DNA of 42,123 nt. It comes from a virus. The position numbers were made by a program, and so were the translations under genes. The stretch lies in IMG/VR virus record IMGVR_UViG_3300045988_118927, positions 1 to 42,123 of that record; one strand, 5' to 3'. Shown in pieces: positions 7,837 through 15,871 of this stretch (position 1 is the first letter of the stretch; every line of letters starts with the position of its first letter). The notes below the pieces were generated by a model. It did not search any database, was not told where the DNA came from, and saw only the letters and a program-made list of their open reading frames with translations.

Positions 7837-8517
7837 ATGAACAAATTTGATGATGGGTTTATCAAAATACACAGGAAGATACTTAACTGGCAGTGGTACT
7901 CCGATGAGGTTACGTTTCGAGTATTTCTGCATCTGTTGCTGACCGCAAACTTCAAGCCAGCAACGTGGAAAAACATAAAAATCGAGCGAGGACAATTGGT
8001 TACAAGCATCACACATTTATGTCAAGATTTGGGCTACAGCCGAGATACAATCTACAAGGCATTGAAGCGACTTGAAACATCAGGTGAAATACAACGCTCA
8101 CCGAACGCTCGATATACGATTATCACTGTGGTTAACTATGCTGACTACCAAGAAGAACGAACGCAAAACGAATGCTCATCGAACGCAAAACGAATGCTCG
8201 CCGAACGCAAACTGGACTCAATAGAAGAAAGAAAAGAAAGAAAAGAAAGATATACTACTACTACTACTACGAGCGGAGTTTGCGAGGAAAATCTTGTAAA
8301 TCTGTACGGCAGAGAGCAAGTCGAGAGATACAAGAAAAGATTTATTGCTTGGAGCAAGAAGAACGGTGTCAGCAATATGGATTGTATCACTACCATAGGC
8401 GAGTGGATGATGAGAGACCGGGTAAAGAGAATCACAGAGGAAGAAAAGAATGCAGGATATGAAGACGATGACGGATGGAACAATACCGATGACTACAAGC
8501 GGTGGTTGTCAGAATAA
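7837..8517 (+). CDS. Replisome organizer / replication initiator (winged-helix N-terminal domain, DnaD-like context)
   Basis: N-terminal FIKIHRKILNWQWY...ERGQLVTSITHLCQDLGYSRDTIYKALKRLE is typical of the phage replisome organizer N-domain. It is followed by the DnaC-like loader and contains DNA iterons internally. Confidence 0.6.
   Translation: MNKFDDGFIKIHRKILNWQWYSDEVTFRVFLHLLLTANFKPATWKNIKIERGQLVTSITHLCQDLGYSRDTIYKALKRLETSGEIQRSPNARYTIITVVNYADYQEERTQNECSSNAKRMLAERKLDSIEERKERKERYTTTTTTSGVCEENLVNLYGREQVERYKKRFIAWSKKNGVSNMDCITTIGEWMMRDRVKRITEEEKNAGYEDDDGWNNTDDYKRWLSE
8158..8270 (+). repeat. Putative origin: three CGAACGCAAA(A)C iterons at 22-nt spacing, a 28-nt all-purine A-rich tract, and (TAC)6
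   Basis: CGAACGCAAAACGAATGCTC starts at 8158 and 8180, and CGAACGCAAAC starts at 8202. The purine run is at 8223-8250 and tatactactactactactac is at 8251-8270. All lie inside the organizer gene's linker. Confidence 0.5.
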
Positions 8518-9388
8518 TCACGGAGTCATCTACACAAGCAAAGAAATACTTGAGCTTGGCATACCAAGCTCTGATCCGATACCTGAGCCTAAGACTTGCA
8601 AGTATTGCGGTAAAACGCTGTATCACGAATGTATAGTGCTTGCAGGCAAGGCACTGGTATGGAGATTGAACGAACCACAGAGATGCGATTGTGAGCAAAG
8701 CAAAGCATTCTGGGTACGATGGGAAAAGAAACAAGAGGAACAGAAAAAAGCGGAAGCCGAGCGGCAAGCACAGGAAGAACGCAAGCAGAAGATTGACAGC
8801 ATACTTGGCAAAAGCGGAATCAGACAGCGGTTTCTATCGAGAACGTTTGACAGCTTCAAGTTGACAAGCGAAAACGAGCAGGCTTATGACATCGCTGTTG
8901 AGTATGTACATAACTGGGATAAACACAAAGCAAACGGCGAAGGGCTTCTGTTCGAAGGTTCTTGCGGTACAGGCAAGACACATCTTGCTGTTGCGATATC
9001 GCTTGCACTGATACAGCAAGGTGTCCCGGTTGTTTGCAAAACATCAATTGATATGCTGTCGGATATCAAGCAGTGCTACCAAAAAGACAGCACGGTAAGC
9101 GAAGAAGAAGTTGTCGGCGTGTATAAGACGGTCGACTTGCTAACGATTGATGACTTGGGCAAAGAACAGGCTACAGAGTGGTCGGTATCTGTGCTGTATA
9201 ACATCATCAACGAGCGATACGAAGCGATGCTTCCGACAATAATCACAACAAACTACAAGACATCAGCTTTGATAGACAGGCTCTCAGCAAAAGGTGACAA
9301 GGAAACAGCTTCGGCGATTGTCAGCAGATTTGTTGAGAGCAGCCGCAGAGTGACGATGGCTTGGGAAGACTACAGGAGGAAAAGATGA
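8450..9388 (+). CDS. DnaC/IstB-like AAA+ helicase loader (start uncertain: 8450, 8459, 8468 or 8489)
   Basis: Walker A GSCGTGKTHLAVAI, Walker B LLTIDDLGKEQ, and an N-terminal Cys cluster (CKYCGK...CDC). Confidence 0.8.
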   Translation: MQDMKTMTDGTIPMTTSGGCQNNHGVIYTSKEILELGIPSSDPIPEPKTCKYCGKTLYHECIVLAGKALVWRLNEPQRCDCEQSKAFWVRWEKKQEEQKKAEAERQAQEERKQKIDSILGKSGIRQRFLSRTFDSFKLTSENEQAYDIAVEYVHNWDKHKANGEGLLFEGSCGTGKTHLAVAISLALIQQGVPVVCKTSIDMLSDIKQCYQKDSTVSEEEVVGVYKTVDLLTIDDLGKEQATEWSVSVLYNIINERYEAMLPTIITTNYKTSALIDRLSAKGDKETASAIVSRFVESSRRVTMAWEDYRRKR

Positions 9389-9714
9389 TGCCTGAATATC
9401 TCGAAAAAGAGGCTTTTAAGTCTTGGATGGAAGAAAACATAACCAAAAATCCGATGATTTTAGAGGCGATAGACTACGCACCGCCAGCAGATGTTGAGTC
9501 AGTAAGGCACGGACATTGGATAACCGATGAGGTTGAATTTTACAAACTATTGAGCGAAAAAGGAGTACCGCTTGAAAAACAACCGTATTTGACTTCTGAT
9601 TGCGTTGCATGCTCGGAGTGCCTGAGGGTTATTAACTGCATGGATAACTGTATGGAAGACGCTATGTATTGCAAGTATTGCGGTGCAAAGATGGACGAGG
9701 AGAACAGCGAATGA
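9385..9714 (+). CDS. Hypothetical protein with a C-terminal Cys-rich (zinc-ribbon-like) region
   Basis: ATGA overlap with the loader stop; caggagga RBS. Contains CVACSEC...CMDNCMEDAMYCKYCGAKM. Confidence 0.55.
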   Translation: MMPEYLEKEAFKSWMEENITKNPMILEAIDYAPPADVESVRHGHWITDEVEFYKLLSEKGVPLEKQPYLTSDCVACSECLRVINCMDNCMEDAMYCKYCGAKMDEENSE

Positions 9715-9896
9715 GCGTATGCTATCAATGCCCGAACAGGCATCCGAGATGCCACAGCAAGTGTGAGAAGTACATAGCGGAGAACGCTCGGAATGCTTCT
9801 AACTGTGAGAAACGGCACAATATGAAGTGGCTCGATTTCTACAATTACGAAACGAGCATAAGGCTCAAAAAGCAAAGGAGGATAAGAAATGGTTAA
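9711..9896 (+). CDS. Small Cys-rich protein, 61 aa
   Basis: ATGA overlap with the previous gene. Translation MSVCYQCPNRHPRCHSKCEKY... Confidence 0.45.
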   Translation: MSVCYQCPNRHPRCHSKCEKYIAENARNASNCEKRHNMKWLDFYNYETSIRLKKQRRIRNG

Positions 9897-10554
9897 AATC
9901 GAAAACACAGAGGTTTACGGCTTCGAAGCGGCAATCAGAGGAATGCGAAATCCGATGAACAGTTGGGATAGAAGCGATAGTGACTGCAAAACAATCATTC
10001 GTGATAACGGAAAGTATGTCGAAGATTTTATCGGAGATAATGACTTAAAGCTGATGAAACAGCTTGCAAAGTCAGGATCCGTACACGCAAAGTACCGCAG
10101 AATGATAACCGTAACGTGTGACATAACCGCACCAATGTTTTGGTGGGCTGAATTTGACACATACAAAGTCGGAACGGTCAGAAACTCTTGCAGTAAGATG
10201 CACAAGATACACAGCAAAGAGTTGCTTTTAAACGAGGACTTTTCCTGCGAGGGATGCAAGGAGGTTGGATCGTGGGCAACACTTTGCTTTATCACAGTGC
10301 AAAACACCTGCAACAAGCTGAGAGAAAAATACAACGAAACCAAAGAGAAAAAATACTGGAGAGCGTTGATTGAGTTATTACCCGAAAGCTACAATCAGAG
10401 GGCAACGGTACAGCTTAACTACGAAGTGCTTGCAGGAATGTATTACTGGCGAAAAGACCACAAACTCGATGAATGGCACACGTTCTGCGAATGGGTGGAA
10501 AGTCTGCCGTACTCAGAGATAATCACAGGAGGAAACGAAAATGGAGAAGATTAA
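9889..10554 (+). CDS. Conserved phage protein, possibly with a ThyX-like fold (tentative)
   Basis: The N-terminal YGFEAAIRGMRNPMNSWDRSDS resembles phage proteins I recall annotated as ThyX-like. No canonical RHRxxS motif is seen. Confidence 0.3.
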   Translation: MVKIENTEVYGFEAAIRGMRNPMNSWDRSDSDCKTIIRDNGKYVEDFIGDNDLKLMKQLAKSGSVHAKYRRMITVTCDITAPMFWWAEFDTYKVGTVRNSCSKMHKIHSKELLLNEDFSCEGCKEVGSWATLCFITVQNTCNKLREKYNETKEKKYWRALIELLPESYNQRATVQLNYEVLAGMYYWRKDHKLDEWHTFCEWVESLPYSEIITGGNENGED

Positions 10555-10957
10555 TCATCCCGAACACTACAAAGGCAACAAGTATGAAGCAATAGACATC
10601 ATTGATGACTATCAGCTTGACTTTAATCTCGGCAATGCCGTCAAGTACATACTCCGAGCAGGCAAGAAAGGCGATGCTGCCGAAGACTTGAAGAAGGCTA
10701 AGTGGTACATCGAACATGAGATATGCAAGCTGATGAATGAGCAGGAGCGGAAAAAGGAAAAAGAACAGGTAGACGAAGCAGACGTGTTTTTTGCAAAAAT
10801 GTATGCAGCAAGCAAAGCACAGAAAAAAGAGGCTCAATCCAAGCGTTGTCCTGAGTGCAAACGGTATGGAACAAAGGATTGCACGATGACTTATTGGGTA
10901 TGTCAAGGCACTGACATATCAAATTATACTTGCTCTATGTGGGAGGCGAAAAAATGA
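10541..10957 (+). CDS. DUF3310-family phage protein
   Basis: INHPEHYKG...EAIDII...LGNAVKYILRAGKKGDAAEDLKKAKWYIE matches the DUF3310 signature as I remember it. Confidence 0.7.
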   Translation: MEKINHPEHYKGNKYEAIDIIDDYQLDFNLGNAVKYILRAGKKGDAAEDLKKAKWYIEHEICKLMNEQERKKEKEQVDEADVFFAKMYAASKAQKKEAQSKRCPECKRYGTKDCTMTYWVCQGTDISNYTCSMWEAKK

Positions 10958-11292
10958 AATCCCATATCGCAGGAAGCACAATGACAAGTAAAGCAAACGT
11001 ACAGACGGCAATTGCACATAGCGAGATGCAACAAGTGGTCGCTGTGTACAGAATCTGCACGGCACTTGCTTTAAACAAGCTTTATGGCTTCGGAAACGAA
11101 AGGCTCAAGAAGTTTAACGAGGCTGTCGAAGAATCGCTTGTCGAGTTTGGCAAATACGCAGGCAGTACAGGCATAAGCAAGGCGAGAGGCTTTACAGACT
11201 TGGAAACAGGCGAAGAAATGCTGATGCAAGCAGTTAGAAGCAGGGGAATAGATATCGAGTACACGCTTGGTATCAAAGCACTGGAGGTATGA
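10954..11292 (+). CDS. Hypothetical protein, 112 aa
   Basis: ATGA overlap with the DUF3310 stop; gggagg RBS. Confidence 0.5.
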   Translation: MKSHIAGSTMTSKANVQTAIAHSEMQQVVAVYRICTALALNKLYGFGNERLKKFNEAVEESLVEFGKYAGSTGISKARGFTDLETGEEMLMQAVRSRGIDIEYTLGIKALEV

Positions 11293-11317
11293 AGTGGAAC
11301 GGCAGAAAAGGCAACAG

Positions 11318-11533
11318 ATGGCTCGTGTGATGGAGTGTCCGTTTTTTAAAGCAAGCGGAGATACAAGCGTTTACTGCAACGGCTTTGCTACCGGGATAAA
11401 CGCAAAATTCTCGTTCGAAACACGGACAGTGTGCAAAAGATGGGTAAAAAACGTTTGCAAAAGCAAGGGGCATTGCGGATTTGGTAGCTGCCCGTACTTC
11501 TTGTTGCTCGAAAAAATGTGTGACATGAAGTAA
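11318..11533 (+). CDS. Small Cys-rich protein (start uncertain: 11267, 11318 or 11330)
   Basis: ECPFF...YCNGF...CKRWVKNVCKSKGHCGFGSCPYF. It is the last gene before the lysis cassette, so it could be a late regulator; that is only a guess. Confidence 0.4.
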   Translation: MARVMECPFFKASGDTSVYCNGFATGINAKFSFETRTVCKRWVKNVCKSKGHCGFGSCPYFLLLEKMCDMK

Positions 11534-11593
11534 AAACGCCACATAAAATCTCTCGCTGTGTTATACTTAGGAAAAACGCAGTGGGAGATTTTT

Positions 11594-11839
11594 ATGGATA
11601 TAACAGTGATAAATGCTGTGATATCGGGATGTTTTTCCCTCGCAGGAGCTTTAATCGGCATACTTGCGAGTGCAAAACTGACTACATACCGCATAGAACA
11701 GCTTGAAAAAAAGGTTGATAAGCACAATCAAGTTATCGACCGGGTTTATAAACTGGAACAGCGAGGAGCTGTAATCGATGAGGAAATCAAGGTGGCAAAT
11801 CACAGAATTGCTGATCTTGAAGAAAGGGAAGTAAAATGA
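11594..11839 (+). CDS. Lysis-cassette membrane protein: N-terminal TM segment plus coiled coil
   Basis: gggag RBS. One TM (VISGCFSLAGALIGILASA), then the heptad-like EQLEKKVDKHNQVIDRVYKLEQ...HRIADLEE. Overlaps the holin start (ATGA). Confidence 0.5.
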   Translation: MDITVINAVISGCFSLAGALIGILASAKLTTYRIEQLEKKVDKHNQVIDRVYKLEQRGAVIDEEIKVANHRIADLEEREVK

Positions 11840-12054
11840 AAGTTAACTGGAAAAGAAAACTTACAAGCAGAAAGCTGTGGCTTGCTGTCGCAGGCTTTGT
11901 TACTGGTCTGATCATCGCATTCGGCGGTGCGGAAGAAACTGCAAATACCGTGAGCGGATGCATTATGTCGGGAGCGGCGGTCATCGCCTATATCATCGGT
12001 GAAGGTCTTGCTGACAGCGGCAACGGAGGAAACAGCAATGGCTCTGAAAATTAA
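11836..12054 (+). CDS. Holin (two TM segments, 72 aa)
   Basis: Basic N-terminus MKVNWKRKLTSRK, two hydrophobic segments and a polar Gly/Asn/Ser tail. Lies directly upstream of, and overlapping, the endolysin. Confidence 0.75.
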   Translation: MKVNWKRKLTSRKLWLAVAGFVTGLIIAFGGAEETANTVSGCIMSGAAVIAYIIGEGLADSGNGGNSNGSEN

Positions 12055-13129
12055 AGGCATAGATATCAGCAGAGCCCAGACGGATATAGACTTTGACAAG
12101 ATAAAAAAGGCAGGCGTTAAGTTTGTTATTCTCAGAGCAGGCATCGGCTCGGATGAGGATACATACTTTCGCAGATACCTTAAGCAGTGCGAAAAGTACA
12201 AGATACCTTACGGCTGTTACTGGTATGTAAAAGCTGTAAAGAATGCAGAGTTCCGCAAGGAAGTTAAAGCCTGCATAAACACACTGAAAGGCTTGAAGCC
12301 GTCATATCCCGTGTTCTTCGATATGGAGGAGCAGGCACAGATCGACCATCTGACAAACGAAGAACGCACAGATATGGCAAAATACTTTTGTCAGATGGTC
12401 GAGAAAGCAGGCTTGCCATCGGGTATATACGCAAATCCGGCTTGGCTTGAAACATACTACAACAAGTCTGAGCTTGTCGGCAAGTATGACATATGGCTTG
12501 CACACTGGACAGGATCGCCCGACAATCCAAGCAGATATGACTATGGGCAGACAATGTGGCAGTGGGGAATAACAAGCATAGATGGCAGAGATGTTGACGG
12601 CAATGTGTGCTTTGTCGATTACCCGGCAAAGACGAGTTACTGGTACAAAGCACACACCACAAGTGCAGGAAATACTCAGAAGCCCTCTCAGACAACGCAG
12701 GATGCCTCTAAAAACGATTTTGGCATCGAGGCAGGGAAATATGTCACAGTAAAGTCTAACGCCGTTTTTAAGGGTAATATAAAGCCTCTGAGCTTTGTGT
12801 ACGAAACTAAGTTTAGAGTGCAGAATATGTCAAGCGATGGAATCTATGCTCTCATCGGTCTTGACGGAGAGCCGACAGGATGGATGGATAAGAAGTATCT
12901 GACGGTAGTATCGGACACAAAAAAAGTGCCGACTCTTAAGGTCGGCGATAAGGTCAAGGTAAAGACGGGAGCGAAAACCTACAGCGGAGGTAGTCTTGCA
13001 GTCTTTGTCTATACGCAGGTCTATGAGGTAGTGCAGGTCGGAGCAAACGGCAAGAGCGACTACATAGTCATCGGTCAGAACGGACAGGTCACAGCAGCAG
13101 TAAAGGCAGCGGATCTGAGGAAAGTATAA
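12038..13129 (+). CDS. Endolysin: GH25 muramidase domain plus C-terminal SH3b-like wall-binding repeats
   Basis: KGIDISRAQTDIDFDKIKKAGVKFVILRAG...FFDMEE is the GH25 pattern. The C-terminus has two KVGDKVKVKTGAKTY / KYVTVKSNAVF SH3-like segments. cggagga RBS before ATG 12038. Confidence 0.85.
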   Translation: MALKIKGIDISRAQTDIDFDKIKKAGVKFVILRAGIGSDEDTYFRRYLKQCEKYKIPYGCYWYVKAVKNAEFRKEVKACINTLKGLKPSYPVFFDMEEQAQIDHLTNEERTDMAKYFCQMVEKAGLPSGIYANPAWLETYYNKSELVGKYDIWLAHWTGSPDNPSRYDYGQTMWQWGITSIDGRDVDGNVCFVDYPAKTSYWYKAHTTSAGNTQKPSQTTQDASKNDFGIEAGKYVTVKSNAVFKGNIKPLSFVYETKFRVQNMSSDGIYALIGLDGEPTGWMDKKYLTVVSDTKKVPTLKVGDKVKVKTGAKTYSGGSLAVFVYTQVYEVVQVGANGKSDYIVIGQNGQVTAAVKAADLRKV

Positions 13130-13130
13130 A

Positions 13131-13170
13131 AGATCCCCAATGGAGTTATGCTCTGTTGGGGATCTTTTTT
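13131..13170. terminator. Bidirectional rho-independent terminator between the endolysin (+) and the 328-aa gene (-)
   Basis: agatccccaa (13131-13140) pairs with ttggggatct (13156-13165). A T-run follows on the + strand and an A-run precedes. Confidence 0.8.
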
Positions 13171-14155
13171 ATTTTACTTTGTGTACTGTTGTGCCAGAAT
13201 TGTCGCTATCGTATTCCGAGCTTCCAACGAACACGGATTGTAACCATTTTACAACGAGTTTTCTGTCATCTGGATTGCCTTTTTTTCCTGTCCAGAAGCT
13301 ATGAAAATGACTTCTGCGTATGTGCGGAGTCTTTTTCACTCCTTTTCCTCCTCTGCTGTGGGAAACGGATTGCGATGACCGCTCTGTGTTATCACGCTTG
13401 TATCGTCTGTATTCGTTGCCGAATCGATATCCTACGGTTGATATTTGCGTTTTGCTTTGCGTTTTGTTGCTGTACTCGTTAATCGCAGGAGTTGTAAGTT
13501 TTTTTGTTATTGCTTGCTTTGTCACAGGCTCGATCTCGGCGTTAATTGCCGTAAGATAGATGATATATTGCATTGTGTTAAAAATTAACTCTACGGCATC
13601 ATCCTTTTTGCCGATTATGCCGTTTACATGTATGCCTCCGCTTAAATCAAGCGTTTTGATTAGCCGCTCTGCCTCAAGGTGTATAGACCTTTTGACAAAC
13701 TCCTTTGACTTTCCTCGCCTTGTAAAGTCGGTAATCAGCACGGAATCATTTGATGCGATGTAAGTAAAAATGAATCCCACACTATCGTGCCATTTACGCT
13801 CGACAAAGAATGTGTCAACGGGTAGATGCTCCAGAGCGTATCGCTCTAAAGCGGTTTCTCTGCATTGCTCCGAGAGCAATGTGCTGAGGTCATCGTCAAA
13901 CAAGTAAGTTTGCCGTCCGTGCGTTGTAAAACGCTGTAAAGCAGTAGCAGGAAGCACTTGTAATGTTATCGTGTCCTCGTTTTTGTAATAAATTTTTTGT
14001 GCGTCCGCACCATAATCGTCCCTAAGCTGACGGACAACTAAATCTATTACATCATCCACCTTGCAGTTAAACGGCAAATTGCTGAGCGGATATTTATTCC
14101 GCTCAGCCTTGAGTATCTCGTTGATTACAGGCGAGTATTGCTGTTTACTGCCCAT
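13169..14155 (-). CDS. Unknown 328-aa protein, last gene of the counter-oriented operon
   Basis: GGAGGT RBS. The start overlaps the upstream HTH gene by 11 nt. Basic C-terminal motif TPHIRRSHFHSFWTGKKGNPDDRKLVVKWLQSVFVG. I recognise no family. Confidence 0.65.
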   Translation of the reverse strand: MGSKQQYSPVINEILKAERNKYPLSNLPFNCKVDDVIDLVVRQLRDDYGADAQKIYYKNEDTITLQVLPATALQRFTTHGRQTYLFDDDLSTLLSEQCRETALERYALEHLPVDTFFVERKWHDSVGFIFTYIASNDSVLITDFTRRGKSKEFVKRSIHLEAERLIKTLDLSGGIHVNGIIGKKDDAVELIFNTMQYIIYLTAINAEIEPVTKQAITKKLTTPAINEYSNKTQSKTQISTVGYRFGNEYRRYKRDNTERSSQSVSHSRGGKGVKKTPHIRRSHFHSFWTGKKGNPDDRKLVVKWLQSVFVGSSEYDSDNSGTTVHKVK

Positions 14156-14651
14156 TTTGTACCTCCGAGATGTGACGTTTGATGCCGTTGTAATATCCGA
14201 GTAAAAACGCTGTCTGCTCTGCGTTACTCGCCGTCTGATCGCCTGTCAGATAGTCGCAACGATCAATATCCGATATAGTTTTTGCAATCCACATATTGTC
14301 CTGCTCTGATAAAATGCACATCGGGATTGCCTTTTTTGCAAGCTCAAGCAATGCAAGTGTTGGATGCTCAACAGCGTATGCAAGTTTGGCAGGATCGGCA
14401 ATGCTCGGTATTTTTGCCGACACAAAACCGTAAACCTGACCGATGCTCTCAAACATGTCCGCTCTTGTAAACTTGGCTCTCTCGGCAATATCAAAGCTGC
14501 CGAGAACGGCGGTTAACTTATCTATGAGGTCGTCTGACGGATTCCTTGTTCCGTTCTCGATCCTGCTTAAATGTCCCTTGTTGGTTCCGCACACTTGTGC
14601 TAACTGCTCAAGCGTGTATCCCTTTTCTTTTCGTGCGTCTTTAAGTGTCAT
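14145..14651 (-). CDS. XRE-family HTH protein with an unknown ~100-aa C-terminal domain
   Basis: KGYTLEQLAQVCGTNKGHLSRIENGTRNPS is a canonical XRE/Cro-type HTH. ATGA overlap with the upstream gene. Confidence 0.8.
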   Translation of the reverse strand: MTLKDARKEKGYTLEQLAQVCGTNKGHLSRIENGTRNPSDDLIDKLTAVLGSFDIAERAKFTRADMFESIGQVYGFVSAKIPSIADPAKLAYAVEHPTLALLELAKKAIPMCILSEQDNMWIAKTISDIDRCDYLTGDQTASNAEQTAFLLGYYNGIKRHISEVQNGQ

Positions 14652-15016
14652 TTGCTTTTGTACTCGCTTTCATAACTTTTTAGTTCATATTCCGGGCGAT
14701 AAAGATACCAGGGCATCATGCATCCATACTCGTATCTTGCAAGGCTGTTTGCCGTGTAAAACAGTGCGTCAACGTTATCGGGTATGCCGTCTAACAGCTC
14801 TGCTACTTTTGCTCTCAAAGCATCCGTCATATATATGTTTGCCCAATCGTTGAGTAACTTTATTGTCCTAAACGGATGTATCTCGCTGTTATCGTTTAAC
14901 AGGCAGATAGGGCTGCGGTAAGGTTTTAAAACCTTTTCATACAGACAATATGCTTCACAAAGTCTATGTGCGATTTCCTTTTCCTTTTCGGGAGTGTTGA
15001 TTTCTTCAAGTGTCAT
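14648..15016 (-). CDS. Unknown 122-aa protein
   Basis: aaaggaaagga RBS. Translationally coupled to the HTH gene. No recognisable motif. Confidence 0.6.
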   Translation of the reverse strand: MTLEEINTPEKEKEIAHRLCEAYCLYEKVLKPYRSPICLLNDNSEIHPFRTIKLLNDWANIYMTDALRAKVAELLDGIPDNVDALFYTANSLARYEYGCMMPWYLYRPEYELKSYESEYKSK

Positions 15017-15073
15017 TGTTTTGTCCTTTCCTTTCTCCCTCTGCCCTGTTGCAGAGGGAGGTGACCGATTGCC

Positions 15074-15409
15074 TTAGTCCTTGATTTCTTCATTTTCGTT
15101 GATCCACTCACAGCCAGTAAGCTCATACTCACCGTCCTCGTCATACTCACGCTCCTCGATGTAACTCACTTCACACTCAAAAAAATATACTGCATTTTTG
15201 AGCAGACGAGCTGTAGTCGGAAGCTTGGCAAGCTTTGCCTGAGCTTCTTCAAGCGTATCGAACAGCTTTTCGTCAAAGCCGTTATTGCGTAATCCGTCCT
15301 CAGCGTTAAACGCTTCACGGACTGTCATCGTTCCTCGTCTGACTGCTTTGACATCTCTGCTGTCACTGATTTCGCCGTACTTTGTCACTAAAGCAAATTT
15401 CTTTTCCAT
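15074..15409 (-). CDS. Unknown acidic 111-aa protein
   Basis: Own RBS (agaaagacgagga). The C-terminal third is very acidic (EEREYDEDGEYELTGCEWINENEEIKD). Confidence 0.6.
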   Translation of the reverse strand: MEKKFALVTKYGEISDSRDVKAVRRGTMTVREAFNAEDGLRNNGFDEKLFDTLEEAQAKLAKLPTTARLLKNAVYFFECEVSYIEEREYDEDGEYELTGCEWINENEEIKD

Positions 15410-15508
15410 GATTTTATCCTCGTCTTTCTCCGGGAGTAATCCGCTCCCGGTCGGTTTAAAATTTGTTCCTGTCCTCGTTTTTGCCCCGTAGAGCGAGAGC
15501 CGAAGTTC

Positions 15509-15697
15509 TCAGTCCTCAATCTCGTAAAAAGCCGTTACCAGTGCATCTCCGTCATCCGTTATCTCAGCGATGCGACCGTCTGCGTTTGTGTAGTGATGCT
15601 CATTGCAACACTCTCTGCACTCCTCAAGTGTTCCGTTGATGATGTCATCTGCATAGCTGTTGCTCTCAAGCTCCACACTGTAAAATACCTTTGCCAT
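15509..15697 (-). CDS. Unknown strongly acidic 62-aa protein, first gene of the operon
   Basis: acaggaggtaatcaaa RBS. About 17 Asp/Glu versus about 3 Lys/Arg by eye. Confidence 0.6.
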   Translation of the reverse strand: MAKVFYSVELESNSYADDIINGTLEECRECCNEHHYTNADGRIAEITDDGDALVTAFYEIED

Positions 15698-15766
15698 TTT
15701 GATTACCTCCTGTGTTTTGCACGTTTAGATTGATTTTTTATCAGCCTCTCGTTTGGCTGTGTCTAT

Positions 15767-15795
15767 ATGATATCACACGTTTCCCGTTTTGTCAA
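15767..15795 (-). promoter_or_regulatory. Sigma-70/SigA-type promoter of the counter-oriented operon
   Basis: The minus strand reads TTGACA (15795-15790), a 17-nt spacer, then TATCAT (15772-15767). This is about 70 nt upstream of the ATG at 15697. Confidence 0.65.
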
Positions 15796-15830
15796 CACCA
15801 AATTGGCAACATTTCAGCGTTTTTGTAGAC

Positions 15831-15871
15831 TTGCACAAAAAAATCTGCAAAGATTGTGCAAACTGCACAAT
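15831..15871. promoter_or_regulatory. TGCACAA half-site cluster including the 19-bp palindrome ATTGTGCAAACTGCACAAT
   Basis: TTGCACAA at 15831-15838. Perfect 8-bp inverted repeat with a 3-nt spacer at 15853-15871. Lies 35-75 nt upstream of a TATAAT at 15907-15912 and of terS. Confidence 0.5.

Noticed and set aside
8172-8462. The alternative-frame 96-aa ORF inside the organizer gene
   Set aside because: Its Lys/Arg/Tyr-rich sequence (RRKKRKKRKIYYYYY) is produced by the purine tract and the TAC repeat. The organizer frame carries the recognisable domains.
13156-13763. + strand ORFs (108, 79 and 67 aa) overlapping the 328-aa minus-strand gene
   Set aside because: They lie beyond the bidirectional terminator, lack RBSs and have Cys/Phe/Leu-rich shadow-type composition. 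The minus-strand gene has an RBS and operon coupling.
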